The position numbers and the translations under genes are program-made. DNA of 64,000 nucleotides from Paraspadella gotoi (Eukaryota; Animalia; Chaetognatha), in assembly GCA_051294375.1 (NCBI GenBank), contig CM119264.1, positions 1,285,923 through 1,349,922 on the forward strand, written 5' to 3'. This document shows positions 50,433-62,832 of this stretch, in pieces. The notes beneath the pieces are model-generated. The model had not been told where the DNA came from and did not search any database. It saw only the letters and a list, made by a program, of their open reading frames with translations. How positions within the stretch are numbered: the stretch's first letter is position 1; each line of letters begins with the position of its first letter.

Positions 50433-51050
50433 TAGACGATAGTTTGACAGAAACTCAATTTCTCGAATCGAAGATTAATGACGCCGAGAGAGAAAAGACG
50501 GTGGGGGGGCGGATGGGGGCGGAGGGGGGCGGAGAGAATGTGAGGGTGGCGTCGGATGTTAGAGTGAATGGGGAAGTAGAATTAGCCACCTCACTTTACA
50601 GATTCACCATTTCAACATTATCTTCACTTCGGTTTATACAAGATGATCTCTTTCAGCTTTTTCGAAGCCGAGGCTTGGATAAAATAAATCGATTAGGTTC
50701 TGGGATTAGGAACGGAAACGGGTTACTTTCGGAAAATAGTGCCGAAAATTACTTATGAATGTAGCGAGGACTGAGCTGGAAAGAATAATGTGACATCGGG
50801 GTGACCGAGATGGTGAAATTCTGGTTGATCACGAGAAAGAAAAGATGAGAAAATATCACGAAAAATTGGGACGCGAAATATTGAATATCGGATTTTCATT
50901 TTTCTTTCGAGTTTTAGTTAAAAGTTTAAACAAATTGAAAAGAAAAAATACTTAAACCAAAACAAAGTAATTTTCTCAACATCCGTTTATGATGGGGATG
51001 AAAATGTATTGATTGAAAGAATATTGTTTTGGGGGATAACAACCCAGATA

Positions 51051-51097
<47 letters not shown>

Positions 51098-52407
51098 TAT
51101 ATACGGGATAGTTTTACGTAAAATTCCAGGAAAAGGCGAACGTTTTTGAAATAAATAGGATTAAATATACTTTTAAAAAATAGATTAAAAAAGACTTTAG
51201 ATGAATTAGATAAAAAATATACTTAAAAAATACTATAAATACTTAAAATAAATAGTCTAAAAAATACTTCAAATAAATTGACGAAAAAAATTTAATAAAA
51301 TAAATTGACAAAAACATAAAACATACTTACGTAAATGAACTAAAAATACTTGAAAATTAAATTGAATAAAAAAAACTTAGAAAAAAAATTGACCTAAAAA
51401 AATACTTAAAAATAAATTGTCCATTTCCCCAAATTACCATTAATTAATATAATTAATTTGACTTAAAAGTCGAAAGGCGTCAGAGTTTCCTAACCTTATC
51501 TAACGGAACGACCACAATTTAATCACAACCGACTCAGATCACAACCACATCACATCTTGTGAGACCAAAAAAAGACGGAGATGCCAAAGGACCGAAATAG
51601 AAGAAGACGACGACGACCACGACGACGATGATGACGACGATGACGACGACGACGACCACGACGACGACGATGCGTCTCCACCAAACGTCAGAATCTAGAC
51701 TTGATCGCTTTGACTCTCGATAAAAATGTCGTCGTCTTGATCGTCGTCGTCGTCATCATCGTCGTCATGATTGTCGTCGTTATCATCGTCATCTTCTTCG
51801 TAGACGTCATCATTGATGTTATCGTTATCATCATCATCTCTGTCATTATCATTGACGAAGTTGACGACGATGACGACGAAGAAGACGACGACGACGAAGA
51901 CGACGCTGACGACGACGACGATAGGTTGACGGACCGAAACTTTCTTTCATTGACGTCGTTTGTCAACGTAGCGTCAACGTAGCGTCAACGTAGCGTAAAC
52001 TTTTTGAGATTTTTTTAAACCTTTTATACAATTATAAACTATTTTAATATATTTTAGTAATGCATTTTGACTGAAAGTTGTTTTTTTTAATTTATTATTT
52101 TTATTTCAATCAAGACTCTCTCACAGTCTCGTTTATTTACTCCCACATTATTTGGTTTCCTGGTTTAATATTTTTAATAATGTTTCAACTAAATAAAAGT
52201 ATTATATCGGGAAATACTATATTGTACTCTGCTCTAGCATCAAAATACAAGTGGCTGTATTTAATGAAATTGATACATTATGTTAAACATAAAGAGTATT
52301 CATAACATACAAATTATTATACAACCAAGTCTGTTTTTTATATGTTGACTCTTTTTCTTTGTCTCGCGTTTCTCTTCCCACGATATTAGAGCCGGACGCC
52401 GTGGGCG

Positions 52408-52443
<36 letters not shown>

Positions 52444-52502
52444 NNNNNNNNNNNNNNNNNNNNNNNNNNNNNNNNNNNNNNNNNNNNNNNNNNNNNNNNN
52501 NN

Positions 52503-52722
52503 GGAATCCCTCGTTCCACCATTGCAAATTTTTTACGGCGATTTCATTTCACCTTCGTACCTCAATTCGCTTTACGAGAGCATGCCCAGACGAATGCAGG
52601 CAGTGGTCGATGCCGAGGGAGGGCATACCAAATATTGAGAATGTTTTACCCATGTTTTGTATATTTTTTATTGAATAAATGAACTTTTAAAAAAAAATGT
52701 TTCTAACTTTTTTCCTAGATAG
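52503..52722 (+). mobile_element. Internally deleted Tc1/mariner remnant
   Basis: GIPRSTIANFLRRF (HTH-like) lies directly beside ISPSYLNSLYESMPRRMQAVVDAEGGHTKY* (typical Tc1 transposase C-terminus, stop 52636-52638), followed by AATAAA and a TIR-like end before TA. Confidence 0.8.
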
Positions 52723-54855
52723 TAAGTTAAGCTTTTAAAGATTTGGAAAAGACACAGCAAAGTTTCAATTTAATTTACATATTGTAGCAGTTTACATTAT
52801 TTCTCTAATCTTTAAATTTGATTTTTTAAGTAGTTGTTCTTTACTAATTTAATTTAATTTAATTTAATTTAAATAAATTTCATTTTAATAAATTTAATTT
52901 AAATTAATTTAATTTAATTTAATTTAATTTAATTTAATTTAATTTAATTTAATTTAATTTAATTTAATTCATTTTAATTTAATACTGATACTTTTATTGC
53001 CACCTCGCTTGGTAATTTGGGTAAGCATTTACTATCAATAAACGCTAATTGGACTGATTTTTTTCCCAGTTTTCTCATACAGTTTTTAAATTAAGGTAAC
53101 TCAAATATGAATTTATATTTCGATAAACTTGTTCGTAAAACTGCCACTAAAGCCCCTCAACCTTCGAGAAATCGTTTCGAGTTGTTGAATGTTAAAACTC
53201 GGAAAGTAAAGTTTAAAGCGAACAAGAGAAAAGTAAGTTCTCTTGAAAGGCTAAGTTTTGACTTTGGACATCAGGAATAACATTCCGCAAAGGTCGCAAT
53301 AATATGCTCCACAGTGCGAGAAGTAACGCATGGACGCATAGGCGAAAGAAGAATTCTGGGGAGAGAGAGAAGGCAGCTCGTAGAAACAAAGTGTTCAATT
53401 ATGTAGTTAGAGTAGAAGAGAAGAGAAAGAATTCTTTCACGCGAGTAAGATTGAGCACGAGCATGAGAGAGAGAGCAAGGAGAACAGTTAGAGAGGAGAG
53501 GAAGCTGTCATATATATTGAAACCCGCGAGTTAGAACAAGAAGATTTTAAGCTATGTTTAAGTAATAAAGAAAACACTACCTAACAAGTGTAATACCATC
53601 AAGTAAAGAGAGCGAGAGAGGAGAGAGTGCAGAGATGACCTCGCACGTACGAGAGAGATGAGGGATGAGGTAGAGAGGATCTCGAGATGAGAGAGAGCTT
53701 TCGCCCTCATCTTTTTCTCATCTCGTCATTCAGCTCGATCGTTGGTGTTTATCACTCTTTTCGCGATTGCTCTGTGTCCTCACGAGGAGGTTGGCCGCCT
53801 CTACCCTCGCCGCTGATCTTCGTCTCAGAACTCCCGGAGGGCGATTATGCCGTCCAAGGTTTTCTCCTCGACGAACGATGACCTCCACCCTTTTCCTTTC
53901 TCTTCCTTTCTCTTCCCTTTTCTTCATTTTTTATATTCGCCCTGCGACGGCTTCGTCCCCTCGGGATTTCGGACACCGGTTTCCATGACAACGAAGGATA
54001 GTCCATCGTACGGAATCGAAACTAAATTTGCGGTGAAAAATACGAAAGAAAAAAAAGTAAAACAAATCTCTCTCTCTCTCTCATCTCATCGTTTTTAGTC
54101 ATCAGGAAAGAATGACCTTTAGTCCGTTGGGCTAATGAGGAAGTTTTTGCCGCTGGAAAAATTATTTTTTGTTCCCGCTGCATAGCCTTTGCTCGATGCG
54201 TCTGAGAAGGAGCGGCGCTCACGGCAGGAATTGGTTGCGAAACAATTAATGGAGAAAGATGTAAGAGAGGTAGAGAGAGAGAGAGAGAGAGATGGAGAAA
54301 TAGCGTCACATGCACGCACGCCACGCAATGGCCGCAAGACAACACGTCGGAATGGTTATCTGTGCTCGAGGCGCCCGAGCAACTCCTCTTCCTTAACCTG
54401 GCCGATTTTTTTCAGACGCTGACCGATGCGCGTGAACCCGAAAAGGTGACGGGGTCATCAACGTAATTCTTGTATTACGCGCTTTTTCAGAGAGAGAAGA
54501 GGGAGAGAGAGAGAGATCTCCTCTCCTCTCTCCCGACGGTGATAAGAAAATCTCCGCATCGTTATAATTAATATTTCTTTTGGTCCGATTTTAAGAGCTC
54601 ATGTTCTGAGGCTTGCGATGAGCGCTCGCGTCGTCACTCGACTCCCCCGTGGCGATTAACGATGTAACTTGCGCAATCTCCGAGGCCAGAGAAAGAAGGC
54701 GGCATGACGCTCAATGTTGTGTTCTCAATCCAACGATTTTCGCCCTCGATCCTGCCCGCCCTTGGCCTACCAGCTGCCCGCCCGGGGCCGCCTTTACTCG
54801 TCTCAGTCTCCCTTCTCTTCTCGCGCTCTTCTCTCAGTTTTTCTCTAGTTCCTCC

Positions 54856-54893
<38 letters not shown>

Positions 54894-55556
54894 CTTCTCA
54901 TCTCTCTCTCTCTCTGTTTTTGAGAGTCATTGCCTTCGCAAGTGCAAACTTTTTTCCCTAATTTTTTCCGCTGCATTTTTCAATTGTTCAGGAATTTTTT
55001 CTTATTTTTGTGCAGCGAACGCGTTAAGAGAAAAATACACACACAAAAGAAACTGGTTCAGCGCTACTACTAAGAAGTTCTAAAAGAAGGAAATTAAATT
55101 TTAATGGCGAACAAGTCGAGCAAAAAAAAGTCAAGTTTGCCTCTAAGTTTAAAAATATCGTCGCTCGATTTCCGTCGAAGTCGAAAGAAATTCTGGGCCG
55201 CCAATCGTTGCATGCATCCTGGGGCTTCGAGCCGAAGCTTCCGTATTGAAGCTCGGGGATTCGCTCGTGACCCTGGACGAACCCTGCAGTTCTTTCACCC
55301 ACTCGCATGCGCTGCCGCTCCGCTTCTCCCTCCTTACCGTACAACTCCTAATGGCGTAACATCATAAAGGCACGCGGCCCCCTCCTCGTTCGCCATCTCC
55401 TCCCTCTCTTCTTCGCATTCGCGCCCTCGTCTCTCTCTCCTCTCTCTCTCTCTCCTCACTCCTCCTCTCTCTCATCTCTCTCTCTCGTTCTCTCTCTCTC
55501 GTCTCTCCTCTCTCTCTCTCATTCATCCCATTCGTTCTCTACTGTTTTCTCCGCAG

Positions 55557-58500
55557 GAATTATGCGCCAAGGACGAGCGAGAGCGAGCGTCGTCTCTTCG
55601 CTTCGAGCTTCCGAATTCCGAATACATTTACGTTCGCCTCCGACATGGGAAGGAGACTACATTTCCCTAAAGCCTCAGTGCCTTTATTTTCTCGTTGCTG
55701 CTTGGAAGAAAAATTCCATACTTAACAAACTGAAAGCTAAGATCTAACTAAAAAAATAAATAAACGCGCGAAGGCAGACGATAAAGTGGTCCAGTCAAAG
55801 TGTCCCTTCGTCCTGAAAAAAAACAAAAAAAAAACCCGGCATTTCCTGATTCTCCCGACGCCGGAAATGCCTTCTTCGTCGGCGTCGGTCGCCCGTCGGC
55901 CCTCCCAGCCTCGTGGCTTCCGCGCTGTCGGCTGTCTCCGGCGCCGTCAACGCCGCGCAAGCTTCCTAACTCCGCCTCCGCCAAAACTGCAGCTGCTGGC
56001 CGCCGCGGGACAGTCCGGTGAGGATTGCAGGGGGTGATAAACTGTTTGAACTGGGATATTCTATTAGACGTAAATATGTATGAATTTAGTCCTTTTGATT
56101 GACACAGAAGATGCCAGATTTTTGTCTCATTGTCGATAAGTTTCTCTGAATGTGTGATTTGGTTATGGTTTTTTTGTTGTGGAACTATCAAGGCTAAGCG
56201 AGGCTACGAAGTTCTCTTCAGATTTTATGAACTTGTTAAATAATAATGGAGATAACTACAGAAATTAAATTGTTCGGCAGGGCTAGCGTTGTTCAAACAG
56301 TAGTTTTCTTAGAATATTTGGTTAATGGTTATAGTTGGTTATACCGTAACTTGAAGTTACCTAATCAATTTTTAATTTGTTTATCAAAAACATCAGTTTT
56401 TCAATTATGTTATAACACTTTTTCTTTTCAGAATTGGCCTTTAAGCAGGCTGCGGCGGCTTCCGGCAACACATCTTTTCTTGAGACCTTCAACCGTTTTA
56501 TCAACACAGTTTTGACTCAGAACGGCGGTGAGATTCTTTTTGTTACGTCTACCCAACTAATTGTAACTAATTAACTCTCGCTATCTGACTAACATGTTTA
56601 AAATTAAACTCCAGGCCATCCGGTGAACCTGAGTACAACTAACGGCGTCGTGAGTGGTAATGATGTCGATCCAATTACACGGAATTCGAAAGGACCGATC
56701 TTTTGCGTCGTTTTGTTCAGGTGAGAGAACCTAAGTCTAAAGAATCGCTCGAAATGTGAATTTTTCGTTGAAATTTCAACCTTCCTTTCTCATAAATGGT
56801 TTTGGGCGGCCGGTTATGCTCATGATTAAAGACAAACCAAAGTAAAGATGCGTGAAAACTACCACTCATAGACAAACAAGGTTAATGTTATGTATTAAAC
56901 TATTTTCAATCTTTTTAGAACTAAATTTTATTCGAAACTATACGATCTTTACAAATAAGTTCTGTTTCATGTCTCGAGCCAAAAAAGATTCTTTACCTTC
57001 ACAGCCACAATTCGTATAAAACATTTCGTTACAACTTTCAGATGGTTTATACAAAGCATTAATTTAAAAATTCTAGATCATAAAAGATGAGAGTTTTTTT
57101 TGCGAGGTTCAAATAAGGACCCCTTGTCATTACTCAGGTAAAGCAAGATAAGTCCATTTTATTCACGCAGAGTTCTAATAGGGTTACCTGTTCAGAGAAA
57201 AGATCATCTTATCAACGTCTGTGTATAGGTTTTGTGAAATATACATATGTATATCTTAGATAGTCGAAATATTAATTTAAATATTCAGGCAAGGCTCCGG
57301 ACGACACTACGCGTCATGTTCCCTGCGAAGGATGCAAGGGATTTTTCAGAGGTCGCATCCGTAAACCCTCGGGCTACGCAATGTCGCGGCAACATGACTG
57401 TCCCATCAACAAGCCACAATCGCAAATCGATGTCATACTGCCGATGCAGAAATGCTGGCCGGCCGAATGCGATTCCGATTCTGTAAAGCGAAAGGAAACC
57501 TCTTCTCCCTCCATTAATTCGGTTGGTTGAGAATCATATAACTTAGTCGTTCTTTATAACATTTGAAAGAGTTTTATAGAAACATTTAAACTGGCTTCAT
57601 TGTAGGGAAGCCGGGTATTGGGACTGAGTCTTGATTCAAAGCTTGGTCAGGGTCTGCTAGAAAATTTGAGGAAGCTGAGGCCTATCTAAAGGCGGAGGCA
57701 ATTATTTATTTTTAATAATGCATAATTTTTTATATTGGTTGTAGGCAATTATATAAACATTTTTTTTAGGCTTTCTTCGAACAAACAAACAAATGTATCT
57801 TTTTCAGAGCCAAAGACTCTCGCGCGAGTCCGGGTGCTCGGTCGCCGGTCCCGGCACCGCCGTTACTGCCTACTTGAGTCAGATGGCAAGAAAGTTCGCG
57901 CCGCTCCCGCGCGCCATCTCCACCGGGACGAATCCGCGATCGCTGCGACGCCCCACCGTGAAGACAACAACCTCAGTCCTCTCGCTTCGGGACGTCAGCA
58001 TCACGGTGCGCCACCGCCGTCAAACGCGAGCGTGACGACGAGAGCTTCGAGAAACAAAGACAGTGGAGGAAAAAGATCTCAAGAGTTTTTGGCAAAGTTG
58101 TCAACACAATTGAAGCCATCCAGATTCCAAAGAAATGCAATCCAAGGTAACGCTTTTTAAAGCTTAATATCGAGTTACTCATGTTAACTTTACACTTGAA
58201 TCGATCATTTTTAGCTCGCACATCGACACCCGACTCTGAGGAGGACGAACGCCGTCGTCGTCATCTCGTCATTGCGACCCGAAATCGGAAATGAGTCGAC
58301 GTCTCAATCTTCTCTCGTTTCTCTCCTCCACTGCGCCGATCTCTTCCACAGTAAAGAGACGAAAGTAAGTTTTAAAAAAGTGAGGGCAGACTTACTCGAA
58401 CTTGCCTTACCTTTCTTCACCGTCATCTCTTTTCCAGGAAACCCTCGTCGACGACGCCTCGCGTCCCCGCTTGGCATCGTCCATCCTCCTCCACCGACAA

Positions 58501-60223
58501 GATTCGCTCTCGGCGCCATCCTCCAACTCCTCTTCATCCTCCCTCCCGCGCTGCTTTGATTTCGCCTTCGCAGTTCGACTTCCCGTTCTCCGCTCCGCCG
58601 GCGGCCACTACCTCACACTCAAACCTTTATCTTGAATCTGGTGAGGAAATTACGAGACGAACTCATCTCAAATGAGATGAGATCATCAATCTCATTTTTA
58701 TATGGTCGTGTTGACATTGAGTTAAGGATCAATTCAATCTCAAATTGTTAATTTATTCTGTTTGGACATTTAGCATGTTATTTAATACTTTTCCGAATTT
58801 AACAATATTTGTCCTCTCAGCGAGTAAGTTTCTAGTTAAGAGGAAATTACTTAGTGAAAAGGGCGTCCTTTTCTAGAATGTGTCGAGACTCACTCGAATC
58901 CATTTTTTCTCACCGCCTCCCAGCGTCTCGCCTTTTGTTCAATCCATTCATTGATCCGCACGTCGCCGCCTTCTCCATTCAAGTCCGACACTCGGCGACC
59001 ATCTCCGTCACACCTGGTCGAACTCTTTCTATTAGGTGCGGCCTTGAGATTATAATTTGATTCTCATTATGATTATCGTCATCATCTTCTCCTCAGTTTC
59101 ATCATCATCGTATTCATCACTTGTTATTATCTTTGACATTATCTTGATCTCCAATATTCATCTTTTCTTCATCCTCATCTTCATCTTCATTATTCAACCT
59201 CATCATCCCACCCCTGACCAGGCTTTCGCAGTCCGCGACGATGTCCCTCCGCTCTCCTCAACGCGATCGTGCCAACCTTCAGACGGACGGGATCGACGTC
59301 GGGAACTGCGAAAGATCAAGTGCCACGAGCACATCTGGAAGATCCAGGAGCTCGTCGCCAGGTTTGACGGGAAGAGTCGTTGGCGAACGAGTTGCAAAGT
59401 TTATGTATAACTTAATAATTATTAATAAATAATAAATTCTCCTTCCAGCCTTCGCAATTATCGTGAGCGCCGGCGACTTCGCCTCCTGCGTCTCCTCGTT
59501 GTTTCGCGACGGATTTCCCGGACTTCCGGACCGAGTTGTCGCTGATCTGAACGGAGGCGACTGAGGAACTCTACGATAGATTGCAGAATCAATGGTGAGG
59601 ACAAACTATCATCATCACCTGAAAACAAATGCTTAGTCCAATATATTCCCTTTTTCTAGTCCTCTGGTTCGACTCTGGATCTCCTTAATCGTCGCGAGAA
59701 ATTCGGTCGCCTTTCCTTTGCTGCCGACGTGAGGACTTTTCGGCTGAGTCATCGAGAGCCCTTCTTCGCAGGTCTCATCTATTAAAGTTAAACGACATTT
59801 TTGTATCGTTTTTTGATATAAACAAAATAGAAGTAAATTCAATCGCGGTTTCGACATCTCCGATCCCTTCAGGTCTGACGGCGCATCAGATCGACACCCT
59901 TCTTCCTCATCTCGTCCGCATGGACTCGTTGGAATCACCCGAACAGCCTGCGTCCGCGACGCCCGTCGATTACCCGATCGCCGGTTAGAGGCGTCGGCGC
60001 TTCGCGCCGACGGACTCCGTCTCGACGAGAAGAGGCGAAGTCGTCGCGAGAATCCGCGCTCCTTCTCCGCTTTCGCCGCGTCGCGACCGTTCGTCAGTCC
60101 GGATCCTTCGCCGCGCGCGATCTTCGCGCAGCGACTTCCGCCGGCGAAAGGATCCGTCGCTTTGAGAGGAATTCGAAAGCTGAGAGGATTTTCGAGAGAG
60201 CGGCCATCGCGTTGGGCAGCTGG
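55557..60223 (+). CDS. Nuclear receptor NR2C/NR2D (TR2/TR4/HR78-like), multi-exon; outer limits approximate; many frameshifts in this assembly
   Basis: DNA-binding and ligand-binding domain signatures occur in the correct order, separated by short gt-ag introns (see sub-features). Confidence 0.8.
56690..57500 (+). CDS. Nuclear receptor C4 zinc-finger DNA-binding domain (two exons: ends 56720, restarts 57289)
   Basis: Across indels: FCVVCS | KASGRHY...CEGCKGFF (TGC at 57324)...IRKPSGY.CRG..DCPINK...NRC.YCR.QKC...MR.DS...ERKP. SGRHYG and DSVQxERKP are TR2/TR4/HR78 signatures. Confidence 0.85.
58877..59930 (+). CDS. Nuclear receptor ligand-binding domain exons
   Basis: Across indels: ASRLLF.SIH (~58923); LLNAIVANLQ and EHIWKIQE (59327, cf. 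TR4 EHIWKLQE); LFFAG|...QIDTLLPHLVRMD (cf. IDSIIPYILKME). Confidence 0.8.
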
Positions 60224-60381
60224 TGAGCCTATTCTATCGGAGCGGATTTTAATTGTTATTAGTGATAGAGCAAAACAAATTTTACCACTAAGCGAACGCA
60301 CGAAAAGGAAGTAAAGCGCAATGGCAACGATATGCTAAAAAGTTAGGACAATTTATAAATTTTTATGATTTAAGATGAAGT

Positions 60382-60632
60382 TATGGCAACAGCCGGGTGC
60401 CTGTGACAGCCCATGGATTGGGCATCTCACTGTGCTTTGGGGGCTTCCGACCTAGTGACGCCTACCAGTTCTGGCGCGGTTTACCTCTAGGACGGTCTTG
60501 CGCTTTGCCACGCAGAGGGAATCCGTTAGGACTGGATGGATGAACACTACGCTTGGATGTGGGTTCCCATCTGAGCCAATGGATGTCTGAACGATAGGTG
60601 GATGTGGAGGCGGTGTGAATATATCCGCCACA
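60382..60632 (-). mobile_element. Solo LTR of a second tRNA-promoter TRIM family
   Basis: AAGT TSD at 60378-60381 and 60633-60636; termini TGTGGC...GCCATA; A box TGGCTCAGATGG at 60567-60578; several motifs shared with the 14.3-kb LTR. Confidence 0.75.
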
Positions 60633-62349
60633 AAGTATAATTAGTCGTATCATTAAAGTAATTCGTGATGCTATANNNNNNNNNNNNNNNNNNNNNNNNN
60701 TTAAGTTCTCTTGAAGGCTAAGTTTTGACTTTGGACATCAGGGAAATAACATTCGCCGAAAAGTCGCAATAATATGCTCAGCATGGAGATAACGCATGGA
60801 CGATAGCAAAGAGAATTCTGGGAGAGAGAGAAGGCAGCCGTAAACAAAAAATTAAAGAGAGAGACGAGAGAGAGAGACGACCGAGAGCAGAGAGAGACGA
60901 GAGAGATAGAGCAGATGAGAGAGACGGATGGATGAGAGAGATCGATAGTGAGAGATGCTTGCATTGTGAATACGCGATGTGAAAAAGTCAAAGGCAGAAG
61001 TACTATTAAAAACGCAAAAAACCACTTACTAAACGCCAAACCAAGGATTTACTTAAGGCACAGGATCCACTCAATTCTAATATTGTTTAGGAAATCTTAA
61101 TTTTACTGTATCTTAATCATTTCTCACATCTTGGTAAGAGGCTTTTCTATTATAAAAAATAATCGCATAAACTTTTTAAAAAATCTACCTTAAATGCTTC
61201 ATAATAATTTTAACAATTTTTTTTTTCTTCCGGTAAAACTAGATTTTCAATGAGAAGAAAATATTTTTTAAATGTAAGCCTAAATTATCTACAACCATAT
61301 ATTTATTAACTCTAAAAAAACTGAATTTCTCTTACAGTTAAGCTCAATTTTCTTACCTTCTTTATATGTTAACTTCTTCCTTTAAGGTACAAGTCCATAC
61401 TTGGAGGTTGTATCCACGTAATAAGTCTTAAAAACAAACCTACTTCTACACATGTTTTCATATGGGTTTTGATCTTATGAGTTTATAAGTTTAAAGAAAC
61501 TTATCGAATTTAGTTTCAATTTGAGCTTTCTTTACTTTAGTATAATTAATATCATAAAAGTAGTGTGCCCTGTATTTTCTAGGCAAATCTGCGTGAAGAA
61601 AAAAGATCAAATCGTGGAATTGAAAAAAATTAAGAAACATAACCGATTTTTTAAGACATTCGGCGAACCGTGAACAATCCATCATCACATCCCTCCGTTG
61701 TGTCAGTTGCTGGTGTAAATCTTGCAGAATTAGTCAATGAAGTACATAATTTTAAACTTTCTGGGACGGACAGTGAAGTTAAAAACGGAAGAGTTTGCAG
61801 CTTCAAACCACGATGGACTCTTCTTGAAGAAAAAATATCTTCACAAAAGGAAATGAATCTATGAGCGCTTTTAAAAATTTTCGTTTCAAAGATTATCAAG
61901 GAAATATCCCAAAAATGACGTAAAATAATCAAATTTTCTATGTTAAGGCAAGCAGAATTTGAAAGTATTTTATTCATGATGAATTGGAGTTCAGTAGACC
62001 TAAAGTAATCACAATGCCAAAATTTCATATGAGAATAACCGCCTTACCGTTTGCAGGCTGCAACTTCTTCAAATAGGGTTTTCTTTTATTTATTATAGCT
62101 CACCAATAAAAATCGAAAAAAGCGATAACGCCTTTGAAAAAATAGTTAAAGTGAATACATTTCGGGAATCGTCAGGAGCTCTCCTTTCGAAATCAGCTCA
62201 GGTTTTAGCCCGTACATTATAATTTGAATGATGTGATCCCGGACCGTTAAGAGGAGAGAGAAGAGAGATTGAGAGAGAGAGAGAGAGAGCAGAAGAGGCG
62301 AGCCGTCCGTTAGAGAGATGGAGATGAGAAAGAGAAGATGAAGAGGAGG

Positions 62350-62436
62350 CTCATGCATTTAATTGAAACGCGAGTTGAAAAAGTCAAAGCAGAAGTAATT
62401 AACGAAAAACACTACTAAACGCCAAACAAGGATTAC

Positions 62437-62472
<36 letters not shown>

Positions 62473-62832
62473 NNNNNNNNNNNNNNNNNNNNNNNNNCTG
62501 ATAGAGAGATACTGAGAGAGAGAGAGGAGAGAGGGAGAAGAGAGAGAGAGGAGGGTTGGAGACGACCCGGAGAGAGCAGAGAGATGAGAGAGAGAGGCTT
62601 GCATTTATGGAAACGCGAGTTTTGAAAAAGTCACAAGCAGAAGTAATTAACGAAAAACACTACTAAACGCCAAAACAAGGATTACTTTAAGAGAGAGAGA
62701 GACGATGAGAGAGAGAGAGATGATCGAGAGAGATGGAGTAGCTTGGCATTTATGAAACGCGAGTTTGAAAAAGTCAAAGCAGAAGATAGAATTAATCGAA
62801 AACACTTATTAACGGCCAAACAAGGATTACGT
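62350..62832. repeat. ~85-bp core repeated three times with (AG)n spacers; another copy at ~60958-61055
   Basis: gcatttatgaaacgcgagtttgaaaaagtcaaagcagaagtaattaacgaaaaacactactaaacgccaaacaaggattac recurs. Confidence 0.8.

Noticed and set aside
53680-54830. Possible additional gene exons upstream of the nuclear receptor
   Set aside because: The sequence is complex and GC-richer but error-prone, with no recognisable motif in any frame; not supportable without a search.
62350-62832. Repeat-spacer array
   Set aside because: The spacers are simple (AG)n microsatellite, not unique sequence.
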